Positions 54,008-64,000 of a stretch of DNA of 64,000 bases are shown in pieces. Below the pieces are notes generated by a model. That model was not told the DNA's origin. It saw only the letters and a program-made list of their open reading frames with translations, and searched no databases. Each line of letters starts with the position of its first letter. Within the stretch, counting starts at the first letter, position 1. This DNA is from the human T2T-CHM13v2.0 reference genome, Homo sapiens, in the NCBI RefSeq assembly GCF_009914755.1, contig NC_060928.1; one strand, 5' to 3'. Made by a program: the position numbers and the translations under genes.

Positions 54008-55157
54008 AGTAATTTTACTCTGTGTGTTACTTGGCATTTTCCACTTTTCTGTTCTCTTTTGTGCATTTGTATTCTATTTTATATTAGTCCATGGTTGTGG
54101 CACATATTAAAGATGTTTGTAAATTCTTGTCAAGTAAAATGAATAAACGATCTGATGCCAGTTGTTCTTAAAATTATGTTCCCTCTCAATCTCAGAGGGA
54201 CTTAATACTCTTCACACTTTTTACCGACTGAATGCAGGAAAATCCCAGGTCATCCATGAAGCCTGTGATTCTGTTGGTTCCATCGTCCAACGTGTCCCAG
54301 CTATCATTCAAGAGTGGACATAATGCTCTGCTCCCAGACCACGTCAAAGTGTCCACTCTGGGTGCCCCACGACAACCTACTGGCCAGCACTGACTACCAG
54401 ACCCTGTTGAAGTGTCCACTCTGGGTGCTCCACGACAACTTACTAGCCAACACTGACTACAGGGCTCTAAACTAAAGGAGAGAACTGTTGGGTGGTTATG
54501 CTTGCAATTAGACCCTCCAGGGTGTCTACTACCACTGATGGAAGCAGGGGAAAATAAATATTATACATTCAGAGTTTGGCTACTCCAAAAGAGTAGGAGT
54601 CCCCCAAACACTGGGGACTCCTACTGAAGCATCATATATGAGACATATGAAGAGTAGAAAATGTAGGAAACATTGACAAACATGTATTAAGTCACTTCAA
54701 TATAAGCCTTGGAAAAGTCTAGGAGCTCTATTAGAGATGCATGAATAGAATACAATCAGGGGACATGGTATGACCAGAGTTGAATAAACAGCATTGCTCA
54801 CTACTCTTCCTGAAAATAATACTAAAAACAGCAAGAATATATTTTAAAATACAATTTCATTTTAAGTTGAACTAGGAGTAAATAGAAATGGACCATAGAC
54901 TCAAAAGTACATATAGAGACTCTAAACAGCTGAAATCAAGCAAGCCATGGAAGACCAAAGGAAGAAAAGCACAGTGATGGCTTAAAGGCACAGTGGTGGC
55001 TGATTTCAGAAAGGGCTGAAGGCCAGGGACTCTGAAATATAAAAGTTGTATTCTTTGTTTGTAATAATGGATTCAGAACCTCTATGGACCGAGGTCATCG
55101 AAGACTTTCTGGACCCAGTTTCACTCAGAGAAGGTGATGCTCTACAAAGAGCCGATG

Positions 55158-56090
55158 ACTTAGGTGTATCTGCAGAAGCCACTGAATTCTATGGCAGTGA
55201 AGGAGAAGACTGTTGGGTTGTTAAGCTCTTAGCCGTATCTGCAGAAGCCACCAAATCCTATGATGGTGAAGGAGAAGACTTAGCCATATCTGCAGAAGCC
55301 ACCTAATTCTATGGTGGTGAAGGAGAAGATTTAGCCGTATCTGCAGAAGCCTCCAAATTCTACGGTGGTGAAGGAGAAGATTTAGCCATATCTGCAGAAG
55401 CCTCCTAATTCTATGGTGGTGAAGGAGAAGACTTAGCCATATCTGCAGAAGCCACCTAATTCTATGGTGGTGAAGGAGAAGACTTAGCCATATCTGCAGA
55501 AGCCACCTAATTCTATGGTGGTGAAAGAGACTTAGCTGTATCTGCAGAAGCCATCTAATTCTACGGTGGTGAAGGAGAAGATTTAGCCGTATCTGCAGAA
55601 GCCATCTAATTCTATGGTGGTGAAGGAGAAGATTTAGCCATATCTGCAGAAGCCTCCAAATTCTACGGTGGTGAAGGAGAAGATTTAGCCATATCTGCAG
55701 AAGCCTCCTAATTCTATGGTGGTGAAGGAGAAGACTTAGCCATATCTGCAGAAGCCACCTAATTCTATGGTGGTGAAGGAGAAGACTTAGCCATATCTGC
55801 AGAAGCCACCTAATTCTATGGTGGTGAAAGAGACTTAGCTGTATCTGCAGAAGCCATCTAATTCTACGGTGGTGAAGGAGAAGATTTAGCCGTATCTGCA
55901 GAAGCCATCTAATTCTATGGTGGTGAAGGAGAAGATTTAGCCGTATCTGCAGAAGCCTCCTAATTCTACGGTGGTGAAGGAGAAGACTTAGCTGTATCTG
56001 CAGAAGCCATCTAATTCTATGGTGGTGAAGGAGAAGATTTAGCCATATCTGCAGAAGCCATCTAACTCTATGGTGGTGAAGGAGAAGATT
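55158..56090. repeat. Minisatellite, 51-bp unit, ~18 copies
   Basis: Unit GCAGAAGCCACCTAATTCTATGGTGGTGAAGGAGAAGACTTAGCCATATCT with two 48-bp variants. Confidence 0.96.
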
Positions 56091-56229
56091 GTTGGGTTGC
56101 TAAGTTTGCAAGACAACTTTGCCTCCTCCTTTCTTCTTCATAGAAACTTTTCACAAATTATTGGTTCAAAACATTTCAATTAATTCAGTAATTAATAATT
56201 ATTGATTTATGTAAAGACACTATAAGAAA

Positions 56230-57300
56230 AAACTATGGGGAAAAATGCAAACTTATCAATGGAGAAAGATCACACAACAAAAATCAATGCCAAAAGCAAG
56301 ATGAAAATGTTACCCAAATATTTTGCCATGAAATGAAAACTTAATGGAGCTGTCAGATCAAAAATGGAAGACCATGAAGCAGAAATATAAGAACTCAGAG
56401 AAAGAAGCGGTGAAACGTTAGAATAAAAAAAATGTGCTGACAAAAACCAGCAAACATGAAGAAAAACCAAGATCTTCATAGAAACGAAGGTGAACCTAGA
56501 AGAAGTAGAGAAATTAAAACAGACTTTAGAAAACTCAGTAAGGAACATAGAAAATATAAATAAAAAAGTAAAAGTAAATACAGTAAAATTAAAGGGAAAA
56601 TCTAAAAATTATTAGAGGGAAAACAGTGGCTATAGAAGATAAGCAGAGACAATCTAAAATATATCAAAAAAGGAAGGTATGGAAAGAAAAAAAAAAAGAC
56701 AGCATTGAAAGAGCATGAATCCCTTTAAGAACTGATTCAACAAAACTTTTCCAGAATAAAATTAGGTTCCACAGAAAAGGAAACACTAAGAACACCCTAC
56801 AAAGTTTTAAAGAAACATTAAGGAAAAGATCCTTTAATCAAGCCGCTCTTAAAAAAGAGAATGTAACAGGCTAGTCTCATATTTTTTCCTAGCAAAATTT
56901 AATGCCAAGATACAGTGGCCCATTACTTACAAGATATTCAAAAAGTGGAATGAAAACCAAAGGTTTTATACCTAGTCAGGCTACATTTCAAAGTATACTT
57001 CAGGCAGTTTTAAATACACACAAACTCAGGGAATATTTTCCTACTTGGGAAAAGTCCCAGAGAACAAACTTTAGCCAACAAAGAGATAACTAAGGAAAAA
57101 CTATGGTGAAATATTATAATTGTGAATTGTGTTGACTAAAACTAAAATAAACATGAGAACCAGGGTAATAAAATGCATATAAATGCCATATGCCCTGGAA
57201 ATAAACCAATATCGAAACTAACAAAAAGTGGAAGAAGAAGGAGGAAAGAATGGAAGACATAGGGTAGATCAAGGCTGCTGCATACGATGTTTGTACAGTT
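56230..57300 (+). mobile_element. Ancient L1 ORF1-like / HAL1-like fossil
   Basis: Strongly A-rich sense strand with L1 ORF1-type motifs (aaaacttttccagaa; ttttatacctagtcaggctacatttcaaagtata); no open frame. Confidence 0.5.
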
Positions 57301-58299
57301 TTCAACTTTGAGGGGTCTTGTTTGCTGAGACCCTGACATCATCTGCAGCTCCAGAGCTGAGAGACACGATGTGCACACACACAGGTGGGGGTCTGAGGAG
57401 GAGGACTTGGTCAACTCAGCTGTAACAGCCAGGACTCAAAGTGGATCATTCAAAGCAGTAAATCAAATGTTAGAAATAGAAGCGTATGTAATAGCAAAAT
57501 AACAAATACTAAATAACATGCCACGGATACTCTCATTGACCGAATTCTAGTAGTGAGAGGCCTGGAAGGGAGTAGAAAGAGAAAACACCTAGTTTTAACA
57601 CAGCGGAAAATAGAGAAGTAATCACTCCTGGGTAAATGAAGAGATCATAAAAATACTGCATAAAGCTGTCATTTAAAAAATTACCACTGAGCAAGTTCCC
57701 AGACGAAGCTACCAGAAAAAAGTTTTTCTCAAGCAAATAAATCAGATCACATAGAAAACAACTTTTAAAATTTATGAACACATAAGATGCTATCATATAC
57801 GCATGAAACACCAAGCATAACTGTTATATCAATAAATATAAATGTAAATATGATATACACATATATAATTAACCATTACTGAAGGACTTGAAAAAGAATT
57901 TGATCAGATTTCCAGAGGAGAGGAGCTTGGGATACTCTTTTCCCCGCAGTGAAACAACCGTTTAACTGGTAAAAATTATAAAACACACTTAAAGTCTCTG
58001 GAAATTGACCTAAGGGCAGATGCAAATTAATAAGCATTTATTCAAGAAAATCTCCTAAATGTTGATAAAACAGTGGAAGTCTGTGCCCTCTGAGCCAGAG
58101 CTAGTTCCTATTCCCTCCTCCAGCTCCATGTCACAGGAGATCTCCACATCACATGATCACACGTCACATGACCAGGAACATGGGAACTCCTTTTCAGCCC
58201 CACTCCCAGTCAAAGACGTATGATTACACCCCAGGTGATCTCATCCCCAGACACCACCCCTCTAAGTAAAGGAAATTAGGATGCCATCTCACATCAAGG

Positions 58300-59820
<1,521 letters not shown>

Positions 59821-62800
59821 AAAATTCAAGATAATATAGATCAAATAATCCATTCACCCTGGCCCAGTCACCACTCCTTCCTCTACAGAAATACGCACCT
59901 ACAGAGAATTTTTGAAATCCTCTAGAGAAATACACACCTACAGAGAAGTTTTGCAAAAATAAAAATAAAAAAGCAAGAGGCAAAGCAGTGTTTATTACTA
60001 GCTGAGATGCTTTTGCCCCGTTAACCCCCACAGGCTGAACCACTTGGAGAAATTGTCCAGCCTTGCATAGACACAGAAATGGGCTCCTCTCTTGAAAGCA
60101 ATTCTGAACCTCAGTGTTACACCGGGCCCAGAACACAAACACGGGGAAGCAGGGAGAGAAGAGGAATAACAATGCCTCCAAAGACTGGGGTTAACCTAGG
60201 CCTTCCCAAGCTGGAGAAGTAGATGAGCACCAGGCTGCCACAGCTAGTAGGGTGCAGGCACTGGCCCCTGAAATTCTCATTCTGTTCCTCCCAAGAAATG
60301 TCTGAAGGGAGGTCAATGTCTGCTCAATGATCTTGCCCTTGCGCTCAGAATAAGAAGCTTCTGATTTTTACCCCTTCGAGGCCCCACCTGTAAACAATGT
60401 AAACCAATCAGGTATCACAAAACCTGAACGCTACGCCTTATTTTGGGGAAATGAACTTTATTGCTCTTGGTCTACACTCAGCTCTTGTAGACAAGTGGGA
60501 GCGTGGGAGACACAAAAGGGTAGAGAAAGAGCCCTGTGCTTACCGGGGAGGCTACTGTGGTGTTTTGGAGGCTAAGTTCAGGAGTTTATCCAGCATAGAA
60601 GGCAGGGGTTTAATGCCTCTTATCAATAAATATTTACACATATAACCTACATGCATTGAATCTATAATGTGCATACATTTCTTGTACCTGAAAATATCTA
60701 ATATTAAACCAAGGAGAAATATAATTATAGATAATATAATACACATAGTTATAGCATACATTTTAGATGAAGCATTTTTGCATGCTAGGGTAGACAATAC
60801 ACACAGTTACAGCATACATCGTAGATGAAGCATTTTTGTATGCTAGGGTAAACACAAAACCTGTTTGCTATGAAGGCCCTGGCAGTCTGTACATCTAGCC
60901 AATCATTTGCATACTATTAAATAACACGTTTGCAGTAAAACTAGAAGGCAATAAAGCTGTATCCATGTGTTCTCTAACCTATTTGATCAATGCTGCCATA
61001 AGAGCTTCAGAGATTGAATATTTGTGTGGCTCTCAATTTTGCTCACAATTTACGTAAATTAGAAGCTTAAATGTAGGATATTGGTAATAATTTATGTGAT
61101 CTAACAAACAACTCTCTAAAGTCTTTGGAATATAAGGTCTCTGGATAGCCAAAACTTCTAATTAATTGAGGATTACAACTTTAATCAACAATAATTTTTT
61201 TTAATAATTTAAATATTTTGGGTGAAAATCTTTTCAAACAATTTTCAAAGCCTAAAAGCTTTGAATTTGGTTGATAATTTCTAAGTCAACACTATGAACA
61301 CTGGATTACATATAATAGATATAATCTATGTCATACAAACATGTACACAATAGATATGATGAGGTCTGTTAAACTATGTGGGGTTATTTGCATTGGTCTA
61401 TTTTTCCACTTACTTTGTGAGTTTTTCTCTCCCTTTCCTTGCTGTCAGTGTCCTCATGTAGCAGCTTTTCTCCTTATTTCTAATTTTCTCATTTTACATC
61501 TACTACAGGCTTTGAAATTGCATACTGAAGCTTCTTTAAGTACTATGTAACCTAAGATTAGGCCTTGAAATAAGGGCAAAAGAGATCACTTTCAAGCCAC
61601 ATGTGTGAGATTTGAATGCAGGCCCTTGAGATGATACTTTGGCTGTATACAGGTTTGTTGCTTCCTGCTTTAGGCTACATCTAAAGCAGAGTTTTCTCTG
61701 ATAAGAGTTTGGGTTAGATTCAACATAACCTTAGAAGAAATGGCTACCCTATTTTATTTATGCTTTGCTTTTTTTACAAAAAAGAAATTTTATTAAAATG
61801 TATAGAAAATCATGTGATAAAATATTTTTTAAAAAAAGAAAAGAAAAAAGTGAGGTCTTTGAAATGTAAGGCAAAAGGCAAGAGCAGACAGAGCCAGGTA
61901 TAAGACTCATCACACAACACAAGCCAACAACCCTCCATCTTTGCCAGAGATGAGGAACAAAGTTGGTTTTATGCTTTGTAGTCCATCCAAAAAGCTAACA
62001 AAACTCATATTGTTACTTAGTGTAAACAAAACAATCGCTTCAGTAAAGTGCAAGTTTTTCAGACAGTGAGTCCAGAAAACAATTACTTCTTACTTCCTCC
62101 TCAAGAAATCACTGTGAAATGCAAAAATAACGTTCTCGGCAATGACGTTACAAGAAACCCAAAGATGAGTTTTAATAGCATAATTCAATGAAAAATAATT
62201 CTATGGGAAAAGAAAAGATTACAGCTCACCAGAAACACAAAATTGCGTATTCCAAAGCACAACCACTGATGGTCTGTGGCTGCTCCTGGTGGCTCAATGG
62301 CACTATCTGTGACTGTGTTGGATGCACACAGGTGGTCATCTCCCAGTACAGTGTGAGTCATTCAGCACCTCAAGTCACTGAAGAGTGCCTGACAGACCCT
62401 AGGCCCTCCTAGCCCCACATCTCAGTCTTGGTTCCTCAATACAGCAGCTAAGTCTTGATTTAAGCAAATGAAAACACAGCAGGGAGCTCTGCTATTACTC
62501 CAAATATGATTACTCACTATAGGCTTTAGAACAAAGGAAATAGAGACAAATTAATCAAAAGAAGCAAAATATCTAGTAAAGACATTACTGTCAGTGGTTG
62601 GCGGTTAATGAGTGAGTGACCTGGATAAGGACTACTTATTGCTAAAGGCATCCTCCAATACACAGAGTGGGGAAAGTGAAAGAAAATTAAACACACAAAA
62701 ACAGCACTATTCTTTTTTGCCTGTGACAGCAAGCCAAAATGTCAACACCAACTCCTTAACTTTACTTTCCATGTAAGCAAGCAGCATTAGCATTTCTCTA

Positions 62801-63072
62801 GAGGAAAGGACAAAAAAATAGTTCATAACAAGGTAAGATTTGGAATTAAAAACATAAACTGGTGTGGTTCAACAAAGCCAGATTTTTCAGTGCAAACAAT
62901 GTATCAACTGTCAGTTGAGTGAAAAGATAACCCAGTCTCCAGTGCCTAGGGGCCTGGAATTATACACTGCAAGGTATTGTGCATCAATTTCCCATGTGTC
63001 AGAGAAAGGAACAGTTTAGCCTTGACACCAAGAGGTCTGCACACACAAATACCTAAAAGTAACCTAAAAGTC

Positions 63073-63474
63073 TATTCATGTCCTTAGCCCACTTTTTGAT
63101 GGGATTATTTGTTTCTTGCTAATTTGTTTGAGTCCATTGTAGATTCTGGATATCAGTCCTTTGTCAGATGTATAGATTGTGAAGATTTTCTCCCACTCTG
63201 TGTGTTGTCTGTTTACTCTGCTGACTGTTCCTTTTGCTGTGCAAAAGCTCTTTAGTTTGATTAGGTCCCAGCTATTTATTTTTGTTCTTATTGCGTTTGC
63301 TTATGGGTTCTTGTTCGTGAAATCCTTGCCTAAGCCAATGTCTAGAAGAGTTTTTCCAATGTTGTCTTTTAGAATTTTTATAGTTTCTTGTCTTGGATTT
63401 AAGTCCTTCATCCATCTTGAGTACCACTTGTTCCCCAATAACCTATGGAAATACAAATATTAAAAAATACAAAA
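63073..63474. mobile_element. Rearranged L1PB-like insertion: antisense ORF2 piece (63073-63422) plus sense 3' terminus (63423-63474)
   Basis: Antisense L1 ORF2 text joined to accacttgttccccaataacctatggaaata and an A-rich tail; flanking repeat taaaagtc. Confidence 0.75.
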
Positions 63475-64000
63475 TAAAAGTCACTTAGCACTCAATTGCA
63501 GTATGTCTGAACCTCTTGGAAAGATGGATGCCTTTCAACTATTAAAATTATTTTTTAACTATATATCTGAAAAGCATTATTAATAAAGATTCGTGAACTT
63601 AGCAGTTATAGTTCCAGAGAAAGAGTGCCAGGTGTACAGCTCTTAGAATGTAAGCTATTAAGATGCAGAGATTGTATCTGTGCAAATCACTTTGTTCAAC
63701 ACCAAAAGCATGTCAGCGAGAAGTGAAATATTTACAAATATTTTTTTGATGACAATGACAAGGAATCAGGACCCTTGATTAGAAGAGATGGATATCCAAG
63801 TCAAACCAGCTATCTTAGAAAAGAAATTGGGAGCTCCCCTTACCAAATGTTGAGAAGAGCAGAAACAGAGCTGGGCCTCAAGCTAGTGCCAACATCTGAA
63901 AAGGGGCTGTTGGGAAGAGCAGAAGCAGGACTGGGCCTCAAGCTAGTGCCAGCATCTGAGCATCTGAAAAGGGGCCAGGACTCCCTGTCTCTAAGTCTTT

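Noticed and set aside
55046-55306. Acidic repeat peptide (SAEATEFYGSEGED)
   Set aside because: It is the translation of the first units of the 51-bp VNTR; most later units contain an in-frame TAA.

Overview
This is mammalian nuclear DNA, almost certainly human: it has Alu elements including a young AluYb8-type copy, ERV9/LTR12 LTRs, MaLR/ERVL LTRs, L1, L2, MIR, and hAT/Tigger fossils. I find no credible protein-coding gene, RNA gene or CRISPR array; the supplied ORFs are repeat-derived or chance. The window is a repeat-rich intergenic or intronic stretch with four large minisatellites (44, 61, 57 and 51 bp units), a density that suggests a distal chromosome-arm location (not verifiable here). 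The main unexplained structure is an apparent ~28.4 kb inversion (about 18505-46920). Its two breakpoints cut one LTR12 and one L2; reversing the segment rejoins both, with a 3-bp GAG/CTC microhomology. Other observations: a 5.2 kb E-box-rich VNTR whose unit includes the terminal inverted repeat of the adjacent MER2; two convergent LTR12 promoter cores; a 125-bp inverted duplication 33 kb apart; and an inverted (twin-primed) L1 fragment. I did not find a new gene system. Repeat family names come from recalled consensus sequences and need RepeatMasker/Dfam confirmation; copy numbers are length/period estimates.
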